Shown here in pieces: positions 13,680 through 25,761 of a stretch of 64,000 bases of DNA. The notes under the pieces are model-generated. The model had not been told where the DNA came from, ran no database searches, and saw nothing but the letters and a program-made list of their open reading frames with translations. Numbering within the stretch: position 1 is the stretch's first letter; each line of letters begins with the position of its first letter. This DNA comes from Candidatus Dormiibacterota bacterium (GTDB lineage Bacteria > Chloroflexota > Dormibacteria > Aeolococcales > Aeolococcaceae), in the NCBI GenBank assembly GCA_963718525.1, contig OY970355.1:800001-864000 (forward strand). Direction: 5' to 3'. The translations under genes and the position numbers were made by a program.

Positions 13680-15458
13680 GTGAATCCCACCGATACCTCG
13701 GACCCGACGTACTTCCATCGGGTCGTGGATTGCCAGTGGGCCTGCCCGGCCCACACCAACGTCCCCGAGTACATCCGGCTGATCGCTCAGGGGCGGTACA
13801 CGGACGCGTACATCTCGAACCGCGAGTCCAATGTGTTTCCCGGGATTCTCGGGCGCACCTGCGATCGCCCCTGCGAGCCTGCGTGCCGGCGAAGCAGGAT
13901 CGACGGCTCGCCGGTGGCGATCTGCCGCCTCAAGCGCGTCGCCTCCGACCTTCGCGGCGACATCACCGACCGCCTTCCCCTGATCCCCTCGATCAAATCA
14001 GGACGCCGTGTCGTCTGCATCGGCGCCGGGCCGGCATCCCTCACCGTGGCCAACGACCTCATGCCGCTCGGCTACGAGGTGGTCATCCTCGAGCAGCACG
14101 ACCAGGCCGGTGGCCTCATGCGCACCAACATCCCGGCCTTCCGGCTGCCCGCCGAGGTGATCGACGAGGAGATCGCGACCATCGTGGACATGGGCGTCGA
14201 CCTCCGGCTGAATACCCCTGTGTCGAGTCTCCGCAGCCTGCTCGAGCAGGACTTCGATGCCGTGTTCGTCGGCACCGGCGCGCCCCGTGGCAAGGATCTC
14301 GACATCCCGGGGCGACGCGAGAGCGATCGGATCCACATCGGGATCGACTGGCTGGAGTTGGTCGCGTTCGGTCACACCGACAAGATCGGTGAGCGCGTGC
14401 TGATCATCGGCGTCGGCAACACGGCGATGGACTGCTGCCGCTCGTCGCTCCGCCTCGGCGGCACCGACATCAAGGTGATGGCGCGCCGCCCACGCTCGTT
14501 CTTCAAGGCTTCGTCGTGGGAGCTCGAGGACGCCGAGGAGGAGGGCGTCGAGATCATCGTGAACCACGCGCCGACGCGATTCGTCATCGAGGACGGGCGG
14601 CTCGTCGGCATGGAGTTCGAGCGTCTCGAATGGGATGAGCAGGCACGTCACTCCAAGGTCGTCGACACGCTCGTGATCCCGTGCGATGACGTCATCCTCG
14701 CCATCGGACAGGAGAACGCGTTTCCGTGGATCGAGCGCGACCTCGGCGTCGAGCTCGGCGACTGGGACATGCCGGTGGTGGACCCGGTCACCTTCCAGTC
14801 GTCGCTGCCGGGCGTGTTCTTCGGCGGCAACTCCGCGATGGGGCCGAAGAACATCATCTGGGCGGTGGAGCATGGTCATCAGGCGGCGATCTCCATCCAC
14901 AACCACTGCGAGCACATCGCGGTGACGGCGCGACCGCCGCAGGGCATCAACCTCGTCAGCCAGAAGATGGGCCTCACCGAGTGGAGCTATCACAACGACT
15001 ACAACCCGTCCTCACGCCAGCGCATGCAGCACGTTGAGCTCACGCGCCGGTTCCAGAGCATCGGCACGGAAGTGGAGCTCGGCTTCTCCGCCGAGCAGAC
15101 CGCGCGCGAGGTGCAGCGCTGCCTCAACTGCGACATCCAGACGGTGTTCCAGGCACCGCTCTGCATCGAGTGCGACGCGTGCATCGACATCTGCCCCGTG
15201 CAGTGCCTGACGATCACGGAGAACGGCGATGAGGCCGACCTCCGCAGGCGGCTCTCTGCCCCCGCCCGGAACCTCGACCAGGCGCTGTATGTCTCAGCGG
15301 CGCTGCCGCAGACCGGGCGAGTCATGGTCAAGGACGAGGATCTGTGTGTCCACTGCGGCCTCTGTGCCGAGCGCTGCCCGACCGCCGCGTGGGACATGCA
15401 GAAGTTCGAGCTCTTGATACCGCTTGCGATTTCCACGCCGATCCCGGTGACGACCTGA
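13680..15458 (+). CDS. GltD/NfnB-like FAD/NAD(P)H oxidoreductase with C-terminal 2x[4Fe-4S] ferredoxin domain
   Basis: CQWACPAH, LGRTCDRPCEPACRR, IGAGPA, GVGNTAMD, RCLNC, CIECDACIDICP, CVHCGLCAERCP. Start at GTG 13680 is inferred. Confidence 0.88.
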   Translation: MNPTDTSDPTYFHRVVDCQWACPAHTNVPEYIRLIAQGRYTDAYISNRESNVFPGILGRTCDRPCEPACRRSRIDGSPVAICRLKRVASDLRGDITDRLPLIPSIKSGRRVVCIGAGPASLTVANDLMPLGYEVVILEQHDQAGGLMRTNIPAFRLPAEVIDEEIATIVDMGVDLRLNTPVSSLRSLLEQDFDAVFVGTGAPRGKDLDIPGRRESDRIHIGIDWLELVAFGHTDKIGERVLIIGVGNTAMDCCRSSLRLGGTDIKVMARRPRSFFKASSWELEDAEEEGVEIIVNHAPTRFVIEDGRLVGMEFERLEWDEQARHSKVVDTLVIPCDDVILAIGQENAFPWIERDLGVELGDWDMPVVDPVTFQSSLPGVFFGGNSAMGPKNIIWAVEHGHQAAISIHNHCEHIAVTARPPQGINLVSQKMGLTEWSYHNDYNPSSRQRMQHVELTRRFQSIGTEVELGFSAEQTAREVQRCLNCDIQTVFQAPLCIECDACIDICPVQCLTITENGDEADLRRRLSAPARNLDQALYVSAALPQTGRVMVKDEDLCVHCGLCAERCPTAAWDMQKFELLIPLAISTPIPVTT

Positions 15459-15460
15459 AC

Positions 15461-17279
15461 ATGGCAGAGGAGCGTTTTCAGCAGACCCGGTCCAAGGTGA
15501 ACGACTTCGCCCTGAAGCTCGCCAACGTCAACGGCACCGGGTCGTCAAGCGCCAACAACCTCCTGATGCGTTCCATCTTCCGCATGGGCGTGCCCGTGTC
15601 GGGGAAGAACCTGTTCCCGTCGAACATCCAGGGGCTGCCGACGTGGTACGAGATCCGTGTCAACAAGGATGGTCACGTCGCTCGAGCCCGTGAGTACGAT
15701 CTGATGGTGGCCATGAACGGGCAGACATACGCTCGCGACATCGCCGAGGTTGCGAGCGGCGGCTTCACCATGTACAACTCATCGTGGCCGCTCGACCGCG
15801 ATCTGATCCGCGAGGACGTCACCTATCTCGGCGTGCCGCTCGCGGAGATGTGCAACGACGAGTTCCGCGGACCGCGCGAGCGGATCCTGATGAAGAACAT
15901 CGCCTGCGCCGGCGTGCTGGTGGCGATGCTCGGCATCGACATGGACGTGATCGCGCAGTTGCTCACCGAGCAGTTCGCCGGTAAGGACCGCCTGCGCGAG
16001 TTCGAACCAGCGTGCGCTCCGGCTCGGCCACGATTTCGCGACCTCGCATTTCGAGCACCCGCTGCCCTGCCGCGTCGAGACCATGAACGCAACCCGAGGA
16101 TCGATCCTCATCGACGGCAACACGGCCGCGGCGCTCGGCTGCGTGTATGCCGGCGCGACGGTTGCGGCCTGGTACCCAATAACGCCGTCAACGTCGCTCA
16201 TGGACGCCTTTGCCAAGTACTGCGCCAAGTTCCGGCACGATCCCGAGACCGGCCGCAACAACTACCTGGTGTTGCAGGCCGAGGACGAGCTTGCCGCCAT
16301 CGGCATGGTCCTCGGCGCGTCGTGGGCGGGAGCACGCGCGTTCACGTCGACGTCGGGGCCGGGCATCTCGCTGATGCAGGAGCTGCTCGGCATGGGGTAC
16401 TACGCGGAGATTCCCGCCGTCGTGTTCGACGTGCAACGGGTGGGACCGTCCACGGGGATGCCGACCCGCGTGCAGCAGGCCGATATCCTGGCGTGCGCGT
16501 ACGCGTCGCACGGCGACACCAAGCACATCCTGCTGTTCCCCGCGCATCCGGCGGAGTGCTTCGAGATGGCAGCGACCGCGTTCGACCTCGCCGAGCGCTT
16601 TCAGACCCCCGTGTTCGTGCTCTCCGACCTCGACATCGGCATGAACGACTGGGTGAGCCCGGCGCTCACCTGGGACGATTCCTACGTGCCCGACCGGGGA
16701 CGCGTGCTCGGCGCGGCGGACCTGCGTGAGCTCGAGGTGTTCCACCGTTACGAACCTGCGGATGCGGAGTCGGTCGCGGCGCGCACGCTCCCGGGTGTGA
16801 GCGAGCTCGGGGCCTATTTCACGCGCGGGTCCGGCCACACGATCGAGGGCGGGTACACCGAATACCCCGAGGAATACCAGGCGGTCCTTGATCGCCTCGC
16901 GCGCAAGCACACGGCGGCCGCCGAGCACACGCCGGCACCCCTCGTGGAGCAGCACGCGCACTCGCAGCTCGCGATCGTGACGGTGGGAAGCTGCGAGCTC
17001 GCAGTCCTGGAGGCAATTGAGCTGCTCGCGAAACGCGACGTCATCGCGGACTACATGCGCATCCGGGGCTTCCCCTTCGGCGCCGGGGTGCGCGCGTTCC
17101 TCGAAGAGCATTCGACCATCGTGGTCGTCGAGCAGAACCGCGACGGGCAGTTGCGCACCCTGCTCACGCTCGAGACGCCCGTGTCGAAGGAGAAGCTGCG
17201 GTCCGTGCTCGCCTACGGCGGGTACCCGTTGAGCGCCGAGGACGTCGTCGACGGCGTCACCAAGATCCTGGAGGCCTGA
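15461..17279 (+). CDS. korA: 2-oxoacid:acceptor oxidoreductase alpha subunit (apparent +1 frameshift at ~16001)
   Basis: NVNGTGSSSAN and FPSNIQGLPTWYEIR lie in one frame. GNTAAALG, YPITPSTS, AEDELAA and QRVGPSTGMPTR lie in the next. Deleting one T at 16001 gives a continuous RLRESNQRALRLG. Confidence 0.87.
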
Positions 17280-17281
17280 CG

Positions 17282-18331
17282 ATGCCATCCATCGTCAAAC
17301 CGATCGTCACGCACCCCGGCCTCGAGCGCAACGCGCTGGGGTTGAGCATTCGCGACTACGAAGGGGGGATGTCAACGCTGTGTGCAGGATGTGGCCACGA
17401 CTCGGTGACCGCGGCGATCACGCATGCGTTGTGGGAAAGCAATACGCCGCCGCACATGATCGCCAAGCTGAGCGGCATCGGCTGCTCCGCGAAGACGGCC
17501 GCGTACTTCGCGCGCGGCGCGCACGGCTTCAACGGCTGTCACGGACGCATGCCACCGATCGCGACCGGGGCCAGCGCCGCGAACCGCGACCTGCTCTGCA
17601 TCGGCATCTCCGGAGACGGTGACTCGCTCTCGATCGGTCTGGGCCACCTCGCGCACCTGGTGCGGCGCAACGTGCGCATGGTCTACGTCATCGAGAACAA
17701 CGGCGTGTATGGTCTGACCAAGGGCCAGTTCTCCGCGTCGGCCGATGTCGGCTCGACGACGAAGCGCGGCGAGGCCAACCACCTGCAGCCGATCGACCCG
17801 ATCTTCCTCGGGCTTTCGGTGGGGGCCACGTTTCTTGCGCGTGGCTTCTCCGGCGACAAGCGCCAGCTGGTACCGATCTTCCGTGCTGCGATGGCCCATC
17901 GCGGGCTCGCGATCATCGACGTGATCTCGCCGTGCGTCACGTTCAACGACCACGAGGGCTCGACGAAGAGCTATCTCTTCACACGCCAGCACGACGTGCA
18001 GATGACCGTGACCGATTTCGTGCCGCCCGCCGAGGAGATCTCGGCGACCATCCCCGACCAGGGTGTCGTGAGCATCCCGATGCACGACGGGGCCACGCTG
18101 CGGTTCCGCACAGTGCCGGACGGCTACGACCCGACCGATCGCATGGCCGTGATGGAACACCTGATGGCTGCGCGCGGTCGCGGCGAGATCGTGACCGGCC
18201 TGCTCTACATCGACGAGCGGTCGTCCGACCTGCACGAGCTGGGCAACACCACCGACCTGCCGCTCACGCGGGTTCCCTACCAGAAGCTCTGCCCGGGCTC
18301 GGCTGCGCTGGCGGGGGTCGGTTTCCGCTAG
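17282..18331 (+). CDS. korB: 2-oxoacid:ferredoxin oxidoreductase beta subunit
   Basis: LCAGCGH, SGIGCS, TPP-binding GDGD..NN motif, GLTKGQFS, SPCVTFN. Confidence 0.92.
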   Translation: MPSIVKPIVTHPGLERNALGLSIRDYEGGMSTLCAGCGHDSVTAAITHALWESNTPPHMIAKLSGIGCSAKTAAYFARGAHGFNGCHGRMPPIATGASAANRDLLCIGISGDGDSLSIGLGHLAHLVRRNVRMVYVIENNGVYGLTKGQFSASADVGSTTKRGEANHLQPIDPIFLGLSVGATFLARGFSGDKRQLVPIFRAAMAHRGLAIIDVISPCVTFNDHEGSTKSYLFTRQHDVQMTVTDFVPPAEEISATIPDQGVVSIPMHDGATLRFRTVPDGYDPTDRMAVMEHLMAARGRGEIVTGLLYIDERSSDLHELGNTTDLPLTRVPYQKLCPGSAALAGVGFR

Positions 18332-18376
18332 GTCGTCGAGGGTCGCTGCGCAGACGTGCGGCTCATGCGGGACCGA

Positions 18377-18643
18377 TCAGAGACGACACCGTCCTGCATC
18401 GGATCGAGTTCCACGTAGTCCGACCTCTCCTGTCCTGACCGGCTCGACCGCTGCCAGCGGAGAAGGCAGGTGCTGCAGTGCGTATTCCAGACGCGCGAAA
18501 CTGTCCGCGCGGCGCGCCGCCTCGTCCACGGTCCGCAACAGTTCCACCCGCGTCGGATAGTGGTACAGGTCGAGATCCTCGTGCAGATCAGCGAGCCATT
18601 GCCGGGCGCGCGTCTGGTCTGCCGTCGACAGCAGTACTTTCAT
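18377..18643 (-). CDS. Small hypothetical protein
   Basis: 88-aa ORF filling the korB-LDT gap, with a G/A-rich RBS (GGGGGAACGGGGA-ATG) and an upstream TACTCT -10-like hexamer. Confidence 0.55.
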   Translation of the reverse strand: MKVLLSTADQTRARQWLADLHEDLDLYHYPTRVELLRTVDEAARRADSFARLEYALQHLPSPLAAVEPVRTGEVGLRGTRSDAGRCRL

Positions 18644-18714
18644 TCCCCGTTCCCCCTAAGAAACCCTGCCTCTAAGAGTAGCGTTTGGGGCGATCGAAGT
18701 CTATGGGCTGCTTG

Positions 18715-20086
18715 TCACTGGGTGATGATCACGGGCGTGCCCATCGGCGTCCATGAGTAGGCCCATTGCATGACCGGCGTCGGGATATGCACGCAGCCGT
18801 GGCTGGCGATGGAGGTGTTCTCGCTCCCCGGGCCGAACATCGACGGGGGCTCCCAGGACGCATCGTGCAGGAAGTAGCCGCCGACGTCGAACTCCATCAC
18901 CCAGGTGACCGTGCCCGTCGGATACCAGAACGGCGACCCCTTCGGCCACGGCGACACCATCGTGAAGGGCGACGCCTTGTAGAAGACGTGGAAGTCGCCG
19001 GTGGGAGTGCGGAGGTAGGGACGTCCGGTGGTGATGGGAGTGGCACGGACCACGCAGCCGTTGTCGTAGAAGATCGCTTCCTGGAGCGTGAGGTTGAGAG
19101 TGATCACCTTTCCCGAAGGTGCCACGTGCCCGCATTGGTCGGCGCCGAGCGCGGCCGCCACCGATGTCTGCAACGCCACGATCTGCACGGCGACGGCGTT
19201 GAGCTGGGACGTTTCCCGCGCGGCGCGGAAGTTCGACGAGAGCGTGTTGTAGCGCGCCAGGAAGCCCGCCGCCCCCGGAGTCGAACTCGGCCGCCGCCTG
19301 GTCCACGCTGTACAGGAGCGGAGGCAGGCCCGCCGCGACGTTGTGGTTGAGGCCGAGCAGGGCGTGAAGCGCCTGGACCGCCCCGACCAGCGTTCGAATC
19401 GTCGTGGTCGCGTCGACGTGGGTGGTCACCTCGGTGAGCAGCGTCGTCGTCAACGCCGGAACCTGGCCCGGGTCGAGCTTGTCGTGGCGCGCCTTCACCA
19501 CCGCTGAGTTCGCCTGGGCGATCAGGCCGTTCAGGCCGCCGTACACCGCGACCTCGGCGTTGAGCTGGTTCATCAGAGCGCCGGTGTGCACCGCGGTGAT
19601 GTCCCCGGTCCACGTGCTGATCAGCTGCTCGACAGCGATCGGCGTCGCGGCGGCCGCCAGCTCCTGGTTCCACTGGCGCTCGGCGGCGACCCAGCTCGCG
19701 GGGATATACGTCGAGAACTGAGCGGACAGCTGTTCCCAGCTGGTGAACACCAATGCCGCCTGACTCCGCGCGGCGGTGAGAGCGGCGGTCCAGGCGCTCG
19801 TGGTCCGCGTGTCGAGGCTGTCGAGCAGACTCTGCCCGGTGCCGAACCACCACTCCGGCGACCAGCCAGGGCTCTTCGAGAACGGCGATGCGGCGAGCTG
19901 ACTCCGCAGCGGTTCCAGACTGGCAGCCGGCTCGCCGGCCGCGACCTCGGTGCCCCATCGCTGCTCGAGGGCGGCGGCATGGTGCGCGAACGACGCCTGA
20001 CGATCGCCGGCCATCACGGTCACCGCCGTACCCGTGCCAACCAGTGCGACGCCGAGCCCCGCAGCGACGATCGGCCATACGCGCAT
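18715..20086 (-). CDS. Secreted L,D-transpeptidase family protein (apparent +1 frameshift at ~19284)
   Basis: N-terminal signal and helical region are in one frame. The YkuD domain (ITTGRPYLRTPTG, YFLHDA, SHGCVH) is in the next. One base deletion at 19284/5 joins them. Confidence 0.82.
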
Positions 20087-20187
20087 CGCTGCAAATCCTA
20101 CGCGACGTGCGGCCTGGTCAAGCTAATGAGCCCCGTGAGCGAGGCGGCTGCCGGCGCACCGGCAGGAAATCATCGGCGATCGACCGA

Positions 20188-21180
20188 TCAAGCGCGGCTG
20201 GCGAGAAGTCCTGCCACGATTGCGGGGTCGAAGTTGCCGCCGCTGAGGACTAACACCGTGGGGTTCTCGGCGATTCCCGCCGGCACGCTTCCATTGAGGT
20301 ATGCGGCCAGCGTGAGCGCGGCCGTCGGCTCGATGGCGAGCTTGAGGCGGGTCCAGGCAACACGCAGCGCATCCCGGAGCTCGGCCTCGGACACGGTCAC
20401 GATGTCGCGCACCAGCGCGTCGCCGACGATCACGCCGAAATTTCGGTCGCCGATCGATTTGCTTTTCACTCCCTCCGCGAGCGTGGCCGGATCGGAGGCG
20501 AGCGACCGTAACGCACCCGCATGCAGGCTTTGAGCGGCGTCGTCGGCGACCTCGGGTTCCACCCCGATGACTGCGGTCCCGGGGGAGAGCGCGGACGCGG
20601 CGAGCGCGATTCCCGAGATCTGACCTCCGCCGCCGACCGGTACCACCACCGCCCCCGCCGCGGGCGTGTCTTCGAGGATCTCCAGACCAACGGTTCCCGC
20701 TCCGTGAATGACATCCCAGTCGTCATACGGATGGATCAGGCGGAGCCCTTCGGAACGCGCAATCTCCTCCGCGATCGCCTCGCGGTTGTCGTAGGTCACT
20801 CCATCGGTGACGACGATCGCACCGTACGACCTGATGCCGTCGATCTTGGCGGGGGTGACCCCTTCCGGCACGACGATGGTCGCCCGCAACCCTGCGACCT
20901 GGGCTGCACACGCAAGTGCCTGGCCGTGGTTGCCGGAGCTGTGCGTGACGACACCGAGCACGCCCGGCTCACGCTCGAGGAGGCTCAGCACGGCATTGAA
21001 GGCGCCGCGAGCCTTGAATGAGCCGGTGCGCTGCAGTGACTCGGGTTTGACCATCAACCCGGCGCCGATGTCAGTCCGCAACAGCGGAGTCCTGCGCACG
21101 TGGCTCCGGATCCGCGCCGCGGCGTTGCGGATCTCGTCCAGGTGCCCCCGGGCTCCGGAGTCGATCGACCGGTCGCTCAG
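20188..21180 (-). CDS. PLP-dependent threonine/serine dehydratase (serine racemase-like); start uncertain
   Basis: KPESLQRTGSFKARGA, HSSGNHGQA, PVGGGG, LSGGN. The conserved N-terminal helix LDEIRNAAARI lies upstream of the first GTG (21099). Confidence 0.85.
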   Translation of the reverse strand: MSDRSIDSGARGHLDEIRNAAARIRSHVRRTPLLRTDIGAGLMVKPESLQRTGSFKARGAFNAVLSLLEREPGVLGVVTHSSGNHGQALACAAQVAGLRATIVVPEGVTPAKIDGIRSYGAIVVTDGVTYDNREAIAEEIARSEGLRLIHPYDDWDVIHGAGTVGLEILEDTPAAGAVVVPVGGGGQISGIALAASALSPGTAVIGVEPEVADDAAQSLHAGALRSLASDPATLAEGVKSKSIGDRNFGVIVGDALVRDIVTVSEAELRDALRVAWTRLKLAIEPTAALTLAAYLNGSVPAGIAENPTVLVLSGGNFDPAIVAGLLASRA

Positions 21181-22655
21181 GAGGTGACCGCTACCGGGAT
21201 CTCCAGCGCCAGCTTGTCCATCTCGAGTTGCGCGGGAACATCCACGGGGTACGAGCCGGTGAAGCAGGCAAAGCAGAATCCGTTGCCGTCGGGCTGCCCC
21301 ATGGCGCGGCGCAGACCCGCGAGGCTGAGGTAGCGCAGTGAATCGGCGCCGAGCATCGCGCCAATCTCACGCTCGGTATGGCCGGCGGCGATGAGCTCAC
21401 GGCGCGACGCGATGTCGATCCCCATGAAGCATGGCCATGCGATCGGTGGCGAGGCGATGCGCATGTGCACCTCGCGCGCGCCGGCACGGCGCAGCTCGTC
21501 GATGATGCGGCGCGACGTGGTGCCGCGCACAATCGAGTCGTCCACGAGGACCACGCGGCGGCCCTCGAGCACATGGCGCATCGGGTTGAACTTCAACCGG
21601 ATCCCGGCTTCGCGCAATCGCTGCGTCGGCTGGATGAAGGTACGCGTGATGTAGCGCGACTTGATCATGCCTTCCGCAAACGGCAGCCCAGCCTGTTCCG
21701 CGTACCCGATCGCTGCCGGGGTGCCACTGTCAGGCAACGTGATCACGATGTCCGCGTCCGCGGGCGCCTCTCTTGCGAGCTCGCGACCCATCTGGCGCCG
21801 CAACTCGTACAGCGACTTGCCCATCATCACGCTGTCGGGCCTGGCGAAATAGATGAATTCGAACGAGCACATCGCTCGGTGCGAGGCGGTGCGCTGGATC
21901 TTCGTGCTGCGCATCCCCGACGCATCGACGGTGACGATCTCGCCGGGCTCGATCTCGCAGATGAAGGTCGCCCCGACAACGTCGAGCGCGCACGTCTCGC
22001 TCGCCATCACGTAGCCGGTGCCACCGGGCGCGTCAACGTCGCCGAAGCGGCCGAGGCAGAGTGGGCGGATACCGAGCGGATCGCGTGCCGCAACCAGCGA
22101 GTCCTTGGTCAGGAACACGAGGCAGTACGCACCCTCGACGCGCGGCAGCGCTTCCGCGAGCGCCTGCTCCAGCGTGTCCGCCTTCGTCTGCGTGAGCAGT
22201 GCGCCGAGGACCTCGGTGTCACTCGTGGTCTCGAAGTCGAAGCCCTTGGTGATCAGCTCGTCGCGCAGTTTGGTGGCGTTGACAAGGTTGCCGTTGTGCG
22301 CGATCACCACCGGGCCGATCGTCGGATGCTCGACGGAGATCGGTTGCGCGTTGAGCAGGCGTGCGCTGCCCGTGGTGCTGTAGCGCGTGTGCCCGATGGC
22401 GATGTTGCCCTTGAGACCGTCGATGATCTCCTGGTCGAACACCTGCGAGACGAGACCCATCTCCTTGCGGATACGAATCTCGCGACCATCGCTCACGGCG
22501 ATGCCGGCGGACTCCTGTCCGCGATGCTGCAACGAGTACAGGCCGAAGTACGTCAGGTTGGCGACGTCCTCACCCGGATGGAACACCCCGAAAACGCCGC
22601 ATTCCTCGTGGAGGTGGTCGTCGTCGAAGGCGTCCACGCCGGCCTGATCACTCAC
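21177..22655 (-). CDS. purF: Amidophosphoribosyltransferase
   Basis: HEECGVFG propeptide and catalytic Cys, [33 protein letters not shown] Fe-S ligands. Confidence 0.96.
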   Translation of the reverse strand: MSDQAGVDAFDDDHLHEECGVFGVFHPGEDVANLTYFGLYSLQHRGQESAGIAVSDGREIRIRKEMGLVSQVFDQEIIDGLKGNIAIGHTRYSTTGSARLLNAQPISVEHPTIGPVVIAHNGNLVNATKLRDELITKGFDFETTSDTEVLGALLTQTKADTLEQALAEALPRVEGAYCLVFLTKDSLVAARDPLGIRPLCLGRFGDVDAPGGTGYVMASETCALDVVGATFICEIEPGEIVTVDASGMRSTKIQRTASHRAMCSFEFIYFARPDSVMMGKSLYELRRQMGRELAREAPADADIVITLPDSGTPAAIGYAEQAGLPFAEGMIKSRYITRTFIQPTQRLREAGIRLKFNPMRHVLEGRRVVLVDDSIVRGTTSRRIIDELRRAGAREVHMRIASPPIAWPCFMGIDIASRRELIAAGHTEREIGAMLGADSLRYLSLAGLRRAMGQPDGNGFCFACFTGSYPVDVPAQLEMDKLALEIPVAVTS

Positions 22656-24864
22656 GCTCTATCAACGCTCCTTCGTGCACCTGGCGCGCATCGGCGAGCG
22701 GCACGTCAATGCAGCCGGTCACAACGACCCTCTCGCCTCCCACGGAGCCGAGATCACGGAAGGGGACCGAGTGCCGCCCTGCCAGCTCGTGCAATCGCAC
22801 AAGTGCCTCCCTGGCGAAGCTGATGACGAATCGAGATTGAATCTCTCCAAAGAGTATACCGGCCGCCCCGTTAATCAACCCTTCATCCTGTTCGAGCTCG
22901 TCCAATGCGACCCATGCGCCTATGTCGCCCAGCAGACATGACTCGGCGATTGCGACAGCGATACCCCCTTCGGCGCAGTCGTGCGCCGAATGCAGCAGCC
23001 CGGCTGCGATTGCCTCGAGGATGAACCCCTGGACCCGTCGCTCCAGCTCGATATCGAGACGGGGCGGGGTCCCCGAGTGGACGCCGTGAGCCATCCTCTG
23101 GTACTCGCTGCCATCGAGCTCCGCATCGATCGGACCAACCAGCGCGATGAGGTCACCCTCCTCACGAAATCCCGCGGTGCATCGGTGCGCGACGTCGTCG
23201 ATCACCCCGACCATGCCGATGACGACGGTCGGGTCGATCCCAGTTCCGCCCGTGTCGTTGTACAGGCTCACATTGCCGCTCACGACGGGGATATCGAGCG
23301 CCCTGCACGCCTCACCGATGCCCTCGACGGCATCGTGCAGGTCCCACCACACATCCGCATGCTCTGGATTGGCGAAGTTGAGGCAGTTCGTGACCGCGGC
23401 GGGCGTCGCACCGGTGGCGACGACGTTCCGCGCCGCTTCGCACACCGCGATCATCGCGCCACGCCTCGCGTCGAGCGCGGTGTACGTGGAGTTGCCGTCG
23501 GTGGCAAGTGCGAGGCCGAGCGCGGTTCCATCGACACGAACCATGGCCGCGTCGCCTCCGGGAAGGATGACCGTCCCATCGCCAACCTGATGGTCGTACC
23601 TTCTGAAGACCGGCGCACGGCTGCCGAGGTTCGGGCTGCCGAGGAGTTGGAGCAGTGCCTTCCCGTGCGTCAACGACAGCGCACGGCCGGATACGTCGGG
23701 AGGTGCCGGGCGGTTCGGGCGCGGACCCGGCGCCCCACGCGGCGGAGCACCGTCGACGAGGAGGTCGAGCGGCAGGTCGCAGACTTCGTCGACACCATCA
23801 CGCACCACAAAGTGCTGCTCGGGCAGGATCACAGCGACCACGTCGGAGTGGAGGTCCCAGCGGTCGAACACCTCCTGCAGGGAGCGCACGTCCTCGGGCC
23901 GGGCAACGATCAGCATTCGCTCCTGCAACTCGCTGAGCATCACCTCATAGGGGGTCATGCCGGTCTCCCGACGCGACACGCGCGCAACGTCGACCTCGAT
24001 GCCGCACGCCCCGCGGTGCGCGAGCTCCGCAGTGCTTCCGCACAGCCCGGCTGCACCAAGATCCTGCATCGCGATCACGCGCGGATCGCCCGCGAGCTCC
24101 AGGCACGCCTCCATCAGGCACTTCTCGAGAAACGGGTTGCCGACCTGGACGGCGGGACGCCGGGCCGCACTGTCGGCGTCGAGGACAACCGACGCGAAGC
24201 TGGCGCCATGGATGCCGTCACGGCCGGTGTCGGCACCGACCAGGAGGACCAGGTTGCCGGCTCCGCTGGCAGTTGCGCGCGTCAGCTTGCCCTGCTCCAC
24301 GATGCCGACGCACATCGCGTTGACGAGGCAGTTGGTGCGGTACAACTCATCGAAGTACAGCTCGCCGCCGACGGTCGGCACCCCGATGCAGTTGCCGTAG
24401 CCGCCAACTCCTGCAACGACACCGTCGAAGAGGTGACGCTGATGTGGCTCATCGAGCGGGCCGAACCGCAGCGAGTCCAGCAGCGCGATGGGACGCGCAC
24501 CCATCGTGAAGATATCGCGCAGGATGCCGCCGACGCCCGTCGCCGCACCCTGGTACGGCTCGATCGCGCTCGGGTGATTGTGCGACTCGATTTTGAAAAC
24601 GCACGCGAGACCGTGTCCGATATCGACGGCGCCGGCATTCTCTCCCGGGCCCTGGAGCACACGGGGTCCTTGGGTGGGAAGGCTGCCAAGCAGCGGCTTG
24701 CTCGTCTTATAGCTGCAGTGCTCGCTCCAGAGTGCCCCGACGATGCCGAGCTCGAGGCGATTCGGTTCGCGTCCGAGCGATTCGACCAGATGGACGTATT
24801 CCGAGCGCGTCAGCGCGACTTCGGCCAGATCCGCGTCACTCGCTGCCGCGAGCACGCTGGTCAC
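22648..24864 (-). CDS. purL: FGAM synthase subunit PurL (small type)
   Basis: [57 protein letters not shown] start overlaps the purQ stop. Confidence 0.95.
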   Translation of the reverse strand: MTSVLAAASDADLAEVALTRSEYVHLVESLGREPNRLELGIVGALWSEHCSYKTSKPLLGSLPTQGPRVLQGPGENAGAVDIGHGLACVFKIESHNHPSAIEPYQGAATGVGGILRDIFTMGARPIALLDSLRFGPLDEPHQRHLFDGVVAGVGGYGNCIGVPTVGGELYFDELYRTNCLVNAMCVGIVEQGKLTRATASGAGNLVLLVGADTGRDGIHGASFASVVLDADSAARRPAVQVGNPFLEKCLMEACLELAGDPRVIAMQDLGAAGLCGSTAELAHRGACGIEVDVARVSRRETGMTPYEVMLSELQERMLIVARPEDVRSLQEVFDRWDLHSDVVAVILPEQHFVVRDGVDEVCDLPLDLLVDGAPPRGAPGPRPNRPAPPDVSGRALSLTHGKALLQLLGSPNLGSRAPVFRRYDHQVGDGTVILPGGDAAMVRVDGTALGLALATDGNSTYTALDARRGAMIAVCEAARNVVATGATPAAVTNCLNFANPEHADVWWDLHDAVEGIGEACRALDIPVVSGNVSLYNDTGGTGIDPTVVIGMVGVIDDVAHRCTAGFREEGDLIALVGPIDAELDGSEYQRMAHGVHSGTPPRLDIELERRVQGFILEAIAAGLLHSAHDCAEGGIAVAIAESCLLGDIGAWVALDELEQDEGLINGAAGILFGEIQSRFVISFAREALVRLHELAGRHSVPFRDLGSVGGERVVVTGCIDVPLADARQVHEGALIERE

Positions 24865-25580
24865 GACGCCGCTGTGACCGGCATCACGCCGTTTCTGCTC
24901 ATCGACTGCGCGACGCTCTCGAACAGCCGCATCCCGTCTGACGACCCCAGCAACGGCTCGCACGCACGCTCCGGGTGCGGCATCATCCCGAGCACGTTGC
25001 GACGCTCATTCACGATGCCCGCGATGTCGCGCGTCGATCCATTCGGCGTGTCGCCCTGGACCGGCGAACCATCCTGTCGCACGTACCGAAATGCCACCCG
25101 CTGCTCGCGCTCGAGCATGTCGAGCGTCTCGGCATCAGCAACGTAGCGCCCTTCCCCATGCGACACCGGAACCTGCAGGATCTCACCGCGCATGCACCCC
25201 GACGTGAACGCATTGTCACCAGCTTCAACGCGCAACCAGCTCGGTGCACAGCGAAACTCGAGCGAGCTATTGCGCGTCAACGCTCCGGGCAGCAGGTGCG
25301 CCTCGCAGAGAATCTGAAACCCGTTGCAGATCCCCCAGACCAATCCACCGGTATTCGCAAACTCGGTGACCAACTCCATCAGCGGCGCGAACCGAGCCAC
25401 GGCGCCGGCCCTGAGGTAGTCCCCGTACGAGAATCCCCCCGGCAGGATAACGCAATCCGATCCCTGCAGGTCTCGATCCTTGTGCCAGAGCATCACCGCC
25501 TCATGCCCCGCCAGCTCAACCGCATGCCTGCAATCGCGATCGGACCACGTCCCCGGAAACACCGCAATGCCGAACCGCAT
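24861..25580 (-). CDS. purQ: FGAM synthase glutaminase subunit PurQ
   Basis: [34 protein letters not shown]. Confidence 0.96.
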   Translation of the reverse strand: MRFGIAVFPGTWSDRDCRHAVELAGHEAVMLWHKDRDLQGSDCVILPGGFSYGDYLRAGAVARFAPLMELVTEFANTGGLVWGICNGFQILCEAHLLPGALTRNSSLEFRCAPSWLRVEAGDNAFTSGCMRGEILQVPVSHGEGRYVADAETLDMLEREQRVAFRYVRQDGSPVQGDTPNGSTRDIAGIVNERRNVLGMMPHPERACEPLLGSSDGMRLFESVAQSMSRNGVMPVTAAS

Positions 25581-25761
25581 CAACGCCTCTCCAGCTGCCC
25601 CGACATCAGCCCACGGACGGCGCCGGGCGCCCAAGCTCCGGGCGCCACACGGCGAAATGCGTGGTAGGAATCAGCAAGGCGAGATGGTGCGATTCCCCCG
25701 ATCAAGCCGGACAGCCGATGCCCGATGCCAACGCTCCCCCCAGCTGCGAGTCGCGTCCGAA

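Noticed and set aside
22830-22880. AT-richer patch in the 3' end of purL with TTGATT..TATACT on the minus strand as an internal purF promoter
   Set aside because: The spacer is only 14 nt and there is no other support.
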